A stretch of DNA of 63,836 nt, filler included, from Sphacelaria rigidula (taxonomy: Eukaryota): NCBI GenBank assembly GCA_964200075.2. It is 5 parts of 5 records of this genome, joined end to end, with 100 filler letters (N's around TTAATTAATTAA, not from the genome) between each part and the next. Parts side by side here need not be neighbours in the genome. Positions count along the whole stretch, not along the records: positions 25,581 to 38,268 come from CAXNAA020003500.1; positions 38,369 to 51,053 come from CAXNAA020003502.1; 3 more parts are not named here. The stretch is one strand, 5' to 3'. The translations under genes were made by a program, and so were the position numbers. Shown one piece after another: positions 35,958 through 47,750 of this stretch. The notes under the pieces are model-generated. The model searched no databases, was not told the DNA's origin, and saw only the letters and a list, made by a program, of their open reading frames with translations. Position 1 is the stretch's first letter. Each line of letters starts with the position of its first letter.

Positions 35958-37565
35958 AAATCATTCCAAAATAGAATAACACACGTGCAAACCAACGAAT
36001 GAGTCGACGATTGCGGTGTATGGACGTTGGCGTTCTTCCGCATAAACCTTCGCGAATTTCAGGACTTCGGGAGCTGCGGCAATCTACGTAGGCGCCAAGA
36101 CTAAAACGAATAGTACAGCTGTGTTGCGGCTGTGGAGAACAACTGCAGCGTATCAAACGTGCTGGAACAAGCGTGCTTTACCGTTCGTTGCGGCAGCACT
36201 GCCCTCGAGTTTCCGCTCCACACAAGAAGTCGCCAGGTGACCCTCGCGACTCCTTCCACAGCTTGAGACAAGGAAAGCACCGCCAAATCCCCAGCAGTGG
36301 GCAACATTCACCACAGCTCGGACTGCTTGCTCTTGCGTGCTCATGATCGATGCAAAATGATGCAGGTTGTGCGTTGCAGGTGCCCTTCGTTGAAGGAGTC
36401 ACCACCAACTGTGCTACGATGCTAGGCAGCTGCGTCAACATATAGGGGAGACGCACTCTTTTCGACTCTCAAAAGTGTATGTATATTGTGCACACTACCA
36501 AACCCTGGCAGGTTTTATCGCTGCGAACGATAGATAGCGTATGCAGCAGCTTCATTGACATGGAATGGCCCCATAACTTGGGCTTGTTCGAAAAATATGA
36601 AAGGACGTGATAAAATGGAAAATTCGGGCATATTTTTCGTCCCACACAGATGTGGTCTTGGAATTTTTCACACCCTGGACAATTGATTGCACTGTCAAAA
36701 CATCATACTGCGTACAGTATGGAATGTATTGTCTATTGCAGAATACGCAAAAGTCGACACTGTAAGCAGTACACATTTTGACGATAAAACATTTTGTCTA
36801 CGGTGTGTATTCGACACTGTTTTCGGTCACTGAATCAAAAACGTCACCAACACGTATCCGGGACTCTATGGATACCCTCAACCGAGACGCGACCAGCCCA
36901 CGTTTCCGATTTGCCCCAGCTCCGAGCTTGCGGAAACGGCCGCTTGCCGAACGATCAGGTGACAACGGGGAAAGGTGGTGCCCGTAGCGATTGTGGCAAC
37001 AATGCCACATCGTCCTCACATCCCTTCATTTGCGGTTGGAGTTTCGTTCATTTTCGTTCATGCGTCGGGAATCAAACGCCAAGTGGTTGTATTATCTAGC
37101 CAGCGAGCGGGACGGGAGAGATTGGTGCCGCATATGTTGCAGCCAACCAGAGATCGGCCGTAATGCTATAACTTGACAACCATTTCACGAGCGATGTGCA
37201 GTTGTTGGGTTCGAAGGAAAGCCCTAAGGCGTGATTTTCGGTATCGAAGGTGATGTTCCCCCATCTCTGGGTACGTGTAGTTGGGGCGAGGAACGCTAAA
37301 TGCCTTGCACGATTCAATAATTACCGCGTTTTCGTTTGCGTAGGTGAACGGGCCAACAGTGTTTGTGAGATGGCATGACTCCCCGACCAACCGAGATGGT
37401 CGAAACCCTGAATGCCACCGTCATGGGAAGCGTTACTTCGAAACACGATCAATTTGAACGGGGACAGCCGTAGATCTCACGTGCAAGCTGGCGCTGAAAC
37501 CGTCAACATCATCGAGCACAACCACTGCGCTGAAAAAAGCTATTTTTTTCATTCATCGCTATACC

Positions 37566-37635
37566 TTCGACCCCCTCCCCTTCCTCGGGACAAGTCCGAG
37601 TCCGTGGTCTCAAGCAATCGATCCACCCCCCCCCC
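37566..37635 (-). mobile_element. 3' fragment of the same SINE family
   Basis: cccctccccttcctcgggac...ccgtggtctcaag matches the 23057 copy. Confidence 0.65.
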
Positions 37636-38210
37636 GGTACCTGCCTTCCATTTGTACCCAGTATTCGATCATGAAAAACTCTCAGTTCCATCCCACTCCG
37701 TCGATCCTCGTCGGATTTTTGTTGTTGCTCGCGCTCTGACGCTTTCAATGACGGCAACCAGATTCTGATCCAAAAGTCTGATCGTGCCGGGGTTTGAACT
37801 TGCAACTCTTTCCCCCCGAAAGCTGGCCGTGAGTGTCCCACTTAGACCACGGGCAGGTAGGATGTCATATATACTGCCAAGGATCACTCGTGGATGCTGA
37901 CAATGTGAAATAGGAATTAGCACTACCTGGCGCTACATAAGAGACTGGGAGATGGCAGTTTTTCATCGACCGGTAGATCATGAAATCGTTCATGTCCATG
38001 GTATCGGTTTCAGAAGATCTGTTGTTCAACTCGCGATCTCTGGACGGCGACGTTGAACGGATGCGGCTCACACTTGCTTGGAACAAAGTTGTATGATTAT
38101 CGAAGAGTTTCCTGTATTCATCAAGCGCCAACGTCACGTGGTGAAGACACCGATCATGGTACGGTTAGCCACGAAATATTTTCCAGTTTCATGTGCTAGC
38201 GGCCCGACGA

Positions 38211-38268
38211 GGGGGTGCACTCATGATCGTGCATGCCACAGTCATCAGACCATTGACCTCGCATCCCT
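38211..38268 (+). repeat. End of a young repeat running into a gap (copy 2)
   Basis: 55/58 identical to 12621-12678. Confidence 0.85.
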
Positions 38269-38889
38269 NNNNNNNNNNNNNNNNNNNNNNNNNNNNNNNN
38301 NNNNNNNNNNNNTTAATTAATTAANNNNNNNNNNNNNNNNNNNNNNNNNNNNNNNNNNNNNNNNNNNNCCTGCCCCGTTTGCGAAAGGGGGGGTGGTTAA
38401 AGGCAAAAACACAAAGGCAAAAAAAAAAAGAGGACCCCCCCCCCCCCCCCCTCCTTCTTCCTCGTGGTTATTCTGCACATGCACACCTAGATTCAGCGTC
38501 GTTCTACTACTTGTTCAATGAAGTCGACGAATCTTGTTAGTGTGACCTCGTATCCTCCCCCCCGTCTGCATTACCCACAACCCCCCTCTCTCTCCGTACC
38601 CTGTACAACTTTCAGATAAAAATATCCCTCGCCCCGCAGCCTTACTTTCCGCCTGCTTGATGTAGCACATTGATTTGTGTCCTCAATCAACTGTACCTTG
38701 CGTTTCTTCCTTTTCGTTTTCTAGGAACATGCGTTGATCTACTTTGACTTCTTCTGTTGTTGTCTGGTTCACGGCGACAAACGACTAGGCGCTTTACTAT
38801 TTTGGCAAGCCCATTTCCATGTGTATGTGTGTCAGTGTGCCTGTTTTCCCTTCCGTTATCTCCCCTCTTAACACAACATCGCAATTTCA

Positions 38890-40030
38890 GAAAAGATTAC
38901 GACAGCAGCGACTCGGCTTTCGTCAGTCGAACCGCTCACAGCGCCACTGGAGCCCCGTTTGATGACGGGCAAGGGGTACGCAGATACCCCTTCGCAGTGG
39001 CTCGTGCTCCGGTTGTGGTATACGGTACTACCTAGAAACGTGAGCTTATCCCTCACCGACGTAGCGGGGCGAACTTCACGCGGATGGCAATTCCCCCGAG
39101 TCGAAGGGGCGGTCGTGACGGTGACGGCAACAGCGGCGGAGGTGAAATAGCAGGGAGAAGGAGGCGAAGGGATCAAGACGATGAAGTATCGGTGTGTGCC
39201 ATGTCCGACTTGGTGGATATCACCGCTGGTTTAACGGTTGGTTCATTGGTTGGTTGGTTCATTGCTTCGAAGATTGGTGTGTTGCTTAGTTAGTTGGTTG
39301 CAGCATGTTAACTATTGTGATCCGATACGAACACAGCCGTGGGTAGGCGCAAGGCAGGCAGACACAGCCAAGGTGAATCATCGGTAGGGTTGGGGTCGAG
39401 GTGCTATCACAATGTGGAGTAGGTTCAATGTTTTTTTATGGGTGTTGAGAGCACGGATCATCACATACATATTCCCGGGCAACGCACTGCAGGGCATGAT
39501 TCGAGATGACCTCTTCGTTGTGGTTGTGTGTATGCTTCTGGTTTCTTTTTTCTTACGTGTTGAACCTTGTCTTGCTTACTATCTCTGGCTCTCCAGCATC
39601 TTCGCCTTGAAAATGTTCGTGTTCTCCTCTGCCGTCCACTTCTCGTTTTATGTGTGTTTTTGTTTATATGCCTTCTTTGTCGCTACCTGATGCACATTTT
39701 CCTCCCTCCGCCTCTCTCCCTTTCATCCCAACATACTGTACACCGAAGATATCGCAGGAAGAGGTGTTGCCGGCCGGCAGGAGGGGTCGTCAAAAATCCG
39801 CCGGATGGAGTAGGCGGCATGGTCACCGTCCACCTCGACGTCTTCTCTGATCTTCACGGAGGACATGCTCTCCAGGGCAGCGCCCACCGCTCCAGTTTTC
39901 CACTCTGACCCTTCCCGCGACAGCGAGGGAAGCACGGACGACAACTCCACCTTCCTCTCCTCGACGAGCGAGGTCCTTTGGCACGAGGAAGACACCGCGT
40001 CGAGCAGCGACGATCTTGCTCCCTCGTAGG
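38890..40030 (+). pseudogene. Possible decayed exons of a low-complexity protein gene
   Basis: tttcag acceptor at ~38890 followed by ~100 coding-like codons with one in-frame TAG (39033-35); a second Ser/Asp-rich frame at ~39750-40030 also has one internal TAG. Confidence 0.25.
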
Positions 40031-40703
40031 GAATGTGGTCGTACCCACCCCGATAGGTCCGTACATGAAGTTGTTGTTGTTGCCGTTGCTATCATTGTTG
40101 GTTGTGATGTGGGTTGGGCTTCAGGTCCGTGGGCTCTCATATTTCCGTTTGCTGGTCTTGGTAAGGCTTTCCCTCTGGGTTTCTCCGCCCCACACCGCCA
40201 CCCCCGTGATGAGTATAACCCCCACCCCCCGTCCCCCGTCCCCATCTTATCGCCCACCATCTCAAGTATGGTTCACTATTCTACGACGTCATCTCGGGTC
40301 ATTATGCTACCCCTCACCGTAGTTGAACACAGAAAGTCTTCAGTTCTCAAGAAGCACTTGAGACGCACGCGGGGACCTTGCCCCCCAGCCCCGGCCCCGC
40401 CCTTTGCCTCCGTAGCAACGCCGGCCTTACCACAGTCTTTCCTCGCTATGGCCGCACACTTGGCCTGCGCGGCACAGAACTACTCGAGAACCCGCGTCAA
40501 CCCCAAAGTACACACGAGACGATAAAATATAACCTAGCTCTCGCACGATCGTTCCCCGCCCCCACCCCCTTCATTATGTTGCTGAGCTTGTTCTTTCTTG
40601 GCTTCTTTTCTTTACAGCAATCTACGCTCCCGATTTTTCTCTTGTCCTTGCTTATTGTCAAAAAAGAAACAGTGAGACAAAATCTAAGAACGAAAACAGA
40701 AAT

Positions 40704-40998
40704 AACAGTGTTTTCGTGAGATTGAGAGTAGAGGATACGATTGAGAGTGTAAAACGGTCAATCAGTAAATGAATCGTTTCAGTTCCAAAATGTCCTTCCA
40801 CGAGGCCCGATATGCTTTCTGGAGTAGCATGCCACTGAAGCCCTTGTTGTCCGTGAGCAGGATATCGACGTGTAGCTGTAGGCACATGCCAGTGATACAG
40901 GCAAAAAAGAGCACACACGGAATGGAAACATGGCCAAGTTAAAGGGAGTGATAAGACCCTTTATCAGCGATCTACTCTCAACATCACGAATACGTAGT
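40704..40998. mobile_element. MITE family A copy
   Basis: aacagtgttttcgtgagattgagagtagaggatacgattgagagtg...tctactctcaacatcacg, colinear with 12991-13290. Confidence 0.85.
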
Positions 40999-43299
40999 TA
41001 AATCTAGTTGAGATGAAAAGGTCACAGAACAGAGAAAAGAAATGAGAAGCAAAAGTATACGCACGGGGAGAGAGCTAGGCCATCTCTTGACGTCTCGTGT
41101 GTACTTTGATCTGGAGGCGGCATTTCGTATTTCGAGTAGAGGTAGTACTTTCGGGGGGCATCCTACCGCCGTATCACCGCACTTCTGGTTGGTACGCACG
41201 AGCGCTGGTGTCGTCTCTGTTGTTGTTCTTTGCATCGGCCGGTACGTGGTGAGTGGTAAGTGGTGGGAAGGGCTCGTGACGTTGGTGGGTGCTTGCCAGT
41301 GGTCAAATTAAGGAGAGTGCACGCCCTTCGCCTCCAAGTCGTGTCATTCACACCTTGCGTGCGTTTCCATATTCAAGTATGCCTCCCTTCCCCTATGCTC
41401 CGTTCTCCATTGTCACCCTCTGGACTGTTTCAGGCAAAAAAACACAGGAAAAATCGAAGGAGGCGGCGATCGGAGAATGGCAGGCGGAAACAGCACTGAC
41501 CGCTGGGAACGTCCCGCAGCAGTGTCGTGTGTGTTGCGTCGAGATGTCCCCGCTTGCTACTACACATGATGCTTTTTGGTGTTTTGCCTCTTGAGCAACG
41601 CTACGGTAGGGGTGCACTTTTGCACAAACCCCTGTCTGGCTCAGTGGCTCCCAACGATTCTAGATGCACAAGAATATTGATCAGGGCATTCAGGTTTGCA
41701 ACTTTATCCGGGATATCCCTCGCATATTGGAATCGAAATCCTGAGCGGTGTTTTGGATGAGATGGAGGGCTCCCAATATTTCTAACCTTAGAAAACATTT
41801 ATGCAGCCCTACCCTAGCATCACTCTCTTGTAACATTGGTACAGTAGCACTTGCTTGGGATGGAGGGGTGGGTGGGTGGGTGGATATTGTCGTTCTCAGC
41901 TATTTTATCTCCATTTCTTTTCATTTCTTTTTTCATTCAATTTTGTTTAACCTTTTTTCGCGTTTCCTTTGCGGTGTGTGTATGCGTGTATGCATGTATT
42001 TCGCACTGCAACTTGTCGCTGCGCATGGACGTTGCCATCATCGAACGCGGCCGAGGTTTGCCGCCGTGGTGTGTTGTGTGCACCAGTGGGTCACTGATGA
42101 GCCGTGCAGGGATACGAGGGCGGGGGGCGGGGGGGTTCGGTATCCAACTCAAGTATGGTGGGGTAGTCACTTGGGGAAATGACACGTCAGCATCCACCCG
42201 CCTTACGGCTCCTTGTGAAATGATGAAGTAAAACGCGGAAGTGTGTGGTGGACCTTACAAGGGTGACCATGTCGTTTTGTAGCAATTGTCCACCCCTTTC
42301 GTTGTACCAGTCGTTCAGTGCTTGAAATTTTGGTCCTCCTCACTACTACTGGTTCGATTGTTTCGGGTGGTCTAGTGTTTTGTTTGATGCAACAGTCTGG
42401 GGAAAGGTGAGGGGGGAATACCGTCGTGGATTGAAATAAAAGATTAGAAATATAAATATAAATGGGAGGTCGAACGTCCGCCCCGTCAATTTCTGGATAG
42501 TATGTGTTTTCCCAGTTGGAAAGTTACCTCGTCGAGGGAGCATGAATGTGGTGCAAGCCCTCGTTTGTTCTTCGTCGATTATATCTCGTTTTTCTGTGGA
42601 GGGGTGTTCAGTCCCGACAGTTGTTCGGCGGTCCGACTCTTGCGCTTGTTGTCGTTTGCTCCTTTGTAATGAGGTTGCGGTGCTGTTATAGCAAGGCACA
42701 GCTCACAGTCCAAGCACAGGCTTGCAAGGCAAGTGGACAATAGACAGATCAATCCGGCACAGCTCGGCACAGCCCTCACACAGTGTGTCAGGATGAAGTT
42801 TCACGCGCAGTTCTCTTGTTCTTCTTTATAAGCTTGTCTCTACCTTCCAGTATCCAATCAACCAATCCAATCTAACGCTCAGTCAATCAGTCTCACCGAT
42901 GCTCAGACTTCTATTGCTGCAAGGGTAGAGGAGAGTAGTGACAGATGGCGGGAGCTTTGTTCGTGCTGCGACGAACAAAGCCGACATCATCTAAGCAATA
43001 TACAAGTTCACATTCGTACCTGACCAACTCTGAACAGACCTGCAGTCTTGTGTCTCAGAATACTCTAAATACAAATGGCCAGAAATGCATATAGCCAGAC
43101 CCGACAATGGGTCTGAAGCGGCATGACAACAGGCCAATATGCGTCTTCATGACACCTTGGGCACAGTGCTCGATCTTAGTGTTGCAATTACGTTTGTTTT
43201 GTGGAGAGAGTTTAGTCTCAGAGGATTAGATCAGAGCGAGTTCATGCAAACGAACGAGCTTGGCAACCAACAAAAACCGAGGCGACATCGCATGTATCA

Positions 43300-46200
43300 A
43301 TCACAAAAAAATACCATACTCTGACGTTAATTTACTTGTCAGCGCCTGTGTCAAGCGCATTATACGCAGTTCCTTCAAAACAAATTCAGGCGTAGAAGAA
43401 TGAATCTTGCGAGATACTCCCATATACGTTCTTCAGCACCGCACCCTTCCCAGTCGACCAAAGCAATGACAGCACCATTGTCATCTTCAGCGATGTGCAC
43501 CAAAGCATTCATCCGACATCCACCTTGTGCATACGATGCTGAACTACATCTTACATTTCCGCAGTGATGTGCAACTGCGAGTCAGCACAGTAAAGTAACC
43601 GAGTGACATGGGCCGAGTGTACGGCGCCAGCAACAATGTGTTGCACCGAATATACGTGAGCGTGATCGACTCCGACCACTCGCCGCGGATCTGTTCATGT
43701 GGACATTAACTTTGGCGTCACACCTTGCCTCCGAACACGGGCATACAATACGAAATCTCCAACAGCACACTTGGGCAATATAGCTTGGCCCGGAGCAAGC
43801 TTGCGTTTGGTTTCACGAGACATCGCGACAGCAGCTTGCACTTCGTTACAAAACCCCTCTTGCTCGTCAACCACGCCTCGAACCTTGTCACGCTACGAAC
43901 CAGCATCCATGACTTCGACGTTTCACTCGCCGCCAGTGACAGAAACCAGCGCGGAAAACGCTGTACGTGGCGCACACCCAAACATCACACAATACTGAGT
44001 GTTACGGATTCGTTCACCAAAAGGAGTTCAACGCCCACTGAGCGGCTGGCAAAACACCAATCCATTCAGATACCGGCCGTCGTTGTTCCGACAAAATGGA
44101 CCGCAAAGCACGAATAACCTCTTTCACCATGCGTTAACAAGCCCCATTCGACCAAGGGGTACACGCAACAGCAAATTGGTTTTGCACCTTGAGCGCGTTG
44201 CTCAGCTGCGCGATCACTCGATTCTTGAAGTGCGTGGCGGTATCACTGACCCTCACACACACTCGGCACCCCCGAAGTCTTGCACCAATGGAGCAAGTGC
44301 TTAGCCGTAACCTCGGCGGTGGAAACCTCTGTCGGCTCCAACCACACGAAATTGCACAAATAATCCATGATAACGAAAACGTACCGAAAACCATCCTCAT
44401 CAGGCAAACCATTAGCACCTTCATGTCCGCTACTCCTGATGTACAGAAAATCGAAGTGAATAACTTCAGCTGGCGCAGTATCATGCACAGTATCGCCATA
44501 CAGACGAGGTACAAACGCATCAGCACGAGTCTCTTCACAATGTAAACACTGGCGAACGAACTCGCGAACGTGGGAATCCATATGAGGCCACGCACAATAT
44601 TTTCTCGAGCGAAACAGAGTCGGCGCAACACCACGGTGACCAGGCGATCGCATGTGAGGGCACACCATCAAGCGCGATTGTAGAGTCTTATCATCCGACG
44701 GAATCCGCAAAACATCACTACTGCCAACACGCACGCGAAACAAATCATCGTCAGACAAGGCAACTTGACCGAAAGTCGTAAAAGAAGAATGAACACCGTC
44801 GCCGACTGTTTTGCGCTGCGCGGTACGAATGGCATCTAACGAGGGCAGCGAACCATCGGCATCACACGGGCTGTACACGGCAACTGAACGAACAGGTACG
44901 GTAGGAACCTTCACCCAGCGAGACAACAAATCTCCCTAACAATTGCGCTCTCCAGGAATGTGTTAACTGGCATACCGACATTGGCCGAGCATTCCTTTCC
45001 AATTTTCAAGCCGTTGCGCCATGGCCTTCGTCACCGATGTGACACCCTCTTCGGGCCTAAACATTTCGCCAAGCAAAGCTGACAATGCTTCTTCGGTTTC
45101 AGCAAAATAAAAAATGTCATCCATCCACACTTTACAGTCTAGACGTCGCACAATGTCATTCGACACACCTTGTACATACACCGTGGTGTTCAACACGCCC
45201 TGCGGGATACGAGTAGGCGTAAACAAACCGTCAGGCGTGACGATCGTGAAGATCTCCTGAGCCTCCGGCGCCAGAGGCATCTGCCGATACCCCTGTAGCA
45301 GGTCCAACTTGTCGAAGCATTGGGCTCCCAGCAACTCCTGCATGTCTTCTTGGCTGGCATCACCCCCGGAGACTGTTCCACTTGCGCGTTCACCGCCTGA
45401 TAGTCGCTTACCGAACGGAATGTGTTCCTCTTCGGCACCGCCACTGACGGACTCGCCCACACAGCCTAGATGTTCCTAACCACTGAACCAAACACCGCCA
45501 AAGCTGCGACGCATGAAGCAAGCCACCCGGTCTTCACCGGATCATAGCGTCGGGGCTTGGCCTTCACAACCGTTGCCTGTGGCTTTAGTTACACGCTCAT
45601 GGGGTCTACGCGCTCTGGCGGGTCACCACTCAGCGCACGACGAAAGGTATCCACGCAACGAGCCAAAATATCACGCAAACAATGTGCGCCATCGGCGCTC
45701 AGGCCCTTCTGCTCGACCTGCTGTACGCTATCCTCAAGCGCACGTTCTCTTGCACCTCTCTCCTCCGCTGGGTCCATGAACATGTCGGGCCCCCGATCGA
45801 CCAAGCGCTCCGCCGCTTCATCCGCAGGAGCCTCCTCCTCATTGGCGCTTTGAAATGACCGTATGGATACGGTCACACTCCTCGCAGCACGATAGCTGGG
45901 TTTTTCCACGCCGGTTTGCACCGGCACAGCACGCGGGCGTAACTAATCCAACGCCAACGGGTACAAATCAATCCTGAGCTCCTTCATCGTCGCCATCCCA
46001 AATAGAACCGTGTTATCCCCACCGGGTATGGCAGCGACCGTAATGGCTGCAACTTCACAGCCCCCCACGGCGCACGCACGCGAACAGGAATCGGCACCGT
46101 TTCATGTGTAGCCGTCACGGGAGCACCCGTGGCGGTCTGTGCCGTTTGCGGTTCATTTTCGAACGGAATCTGTAGCTGAGCGCCGCCAAACTGCCAACAC

Positions 46201-47750
46201 ATTTGTCCCAGCAACCCCACACCGGTCGATGTGAGCGCGGACCCAGAACCCAGAGTGACGCGGGCCATGAACGAACCTACGGAACCAGGCAAGGAAAGAT
46301 CTGCGCGTAAACATTTAGCCTTTCGATCGACAGGTACCACGACTGCCGGAGAACCCTGGTCAGTACCAAGAGTCACCTGACGCCAGGGCTGCGCTCCAGC
46401 ACTTGACATCGATAGTTGAAAATCGACAGTCCAACCAAACCACGTCGCCGAATATGCAAACGGCGCTGTTACAGCCGTCGCAGCAGTAGGAGGTGCATCA
46501 GACACGGATCCTTCCTGGCCGAGGGGTTGCGAACTATTCGCTCCAGCACTCGCCACCGAAGTATTTGCATTTCCCACGTACACTGTCCGCCCCAACACGG
46601 ACGAACCATAAGATCCAGAGGCACCACTTGATGGCGTAGTGGAAGAAACAGCAGCGGAGGAACCACCAATCGCCGCCGATTGCTTGCTACCGCGGCCGCG
46701 GCATCCGCGTCCATGGTTGGCACGGCCCCGAGCACCGTGACGACCGCCTCGAGATCCTGATGAATCTCGCGCATTGCCCTGAGCAGCGCCTTGTGCGCGA
46801 GGCTTGGGGCGGTCCTTGATCAGATGTGCAGTTGTAACACGCGCGAGTGGACAACGCTCGTGAAGACGGCTGCTGTTTCTGTTGATGTTGTTGCTTGCGG
46901 CGCGCACTACCTGCATTTACTGCAGAGTCGCGCCGGCCATGTGCCTCGGTGAACTTCCAGTGATTGGCGGCCTCAAATATTTTGTTAAGCACCACCGTTG
47001 GATTCCTTTTCCAACCGTCAACATACGTTAGTACGGTTCTAACATACACCGTGAATTCCGGAGGCGAAATCCCGTCTACCAAAGCTGTAGAAACCGACTC
47101 GGCCGGGCCTGGCAACCAGCCCCCGTCCTCCGCACGGTACATGGCTTGCACCGTGAGGTTTTCAGCGAAAAACGTTTCCATCGATGAGTTGACCGTCATC
47201 GCTCGATCCTTGACGGATGTTCCACCGCTTTATGGCATAGTGTAAGAATTCTACGTAGGTCTGCTGCAGCCCGCGCAGTGTCATGCTTGCCGCCGGTTGT
47301 GGTGTACCCGGCATGCTGCTTTACAGCATCTCTAGCAAATCGTCGGGAGCCATAGCCCGATGGTCCTTGTACATTCCTTCAAAGCACCGGTAAATATATG
47401 TTGGGATAAGTTGTCCGATTCTCACCCTAGCATGCCGTACGACTTCTTGAGCATTAGCCAAATGAAACCTCTCTAAATAGTCGAGATGTTTGGCCGAAAA
47501 ACTGTTTGAGGCTTCCTCGGTTCACACTTTGCCATACCTTGGCGGTTCTACCGGCTCACCTAACACCAGCGGCGCTGCCGCCGCTTGAGCCATGTCGTCT
47601 AGGATTCACCACTTCATGGAGAGAATCTCGTCTGACTTGTGCGTCCCCCAGCCGACTGAGCGTCCTCCAATGTTGTGCGCTATACGTTGGTCGCCTTCCG
47701 ACTGCGGGCCAAACTGGTCTCTAGCTGCGGCCCCTCTCCTCAGCTAAACT
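43300..47750 (-). mobile_element. Degenerate Ty3/gypsy LTR retrotransposon internal region (gag, protease, RT, deleted RNase H, integrase, chromodomain)
   Basis: gag-like 47600-46830 with decayed knuckle ACYNC; protease-like VTLGSGS (~46250); RT WASPSVAVPK..FRSVSDY, FDKLDLLQGYRQMPL, FTPTRIPQG, VWMDDI (45462-45110); RNase H tail HIPGERN..GDLLSRW; integrase H-H-C-C (HMRSPGHRG...CLHC), IHFDFLYI, VSDTATHF, PWSNG; chromodomain ALVDWEGCGAEERIWE (~43405-43512). Many stops and frameshifts. RT before IN is the gypsy order. Confidence 0.93.
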
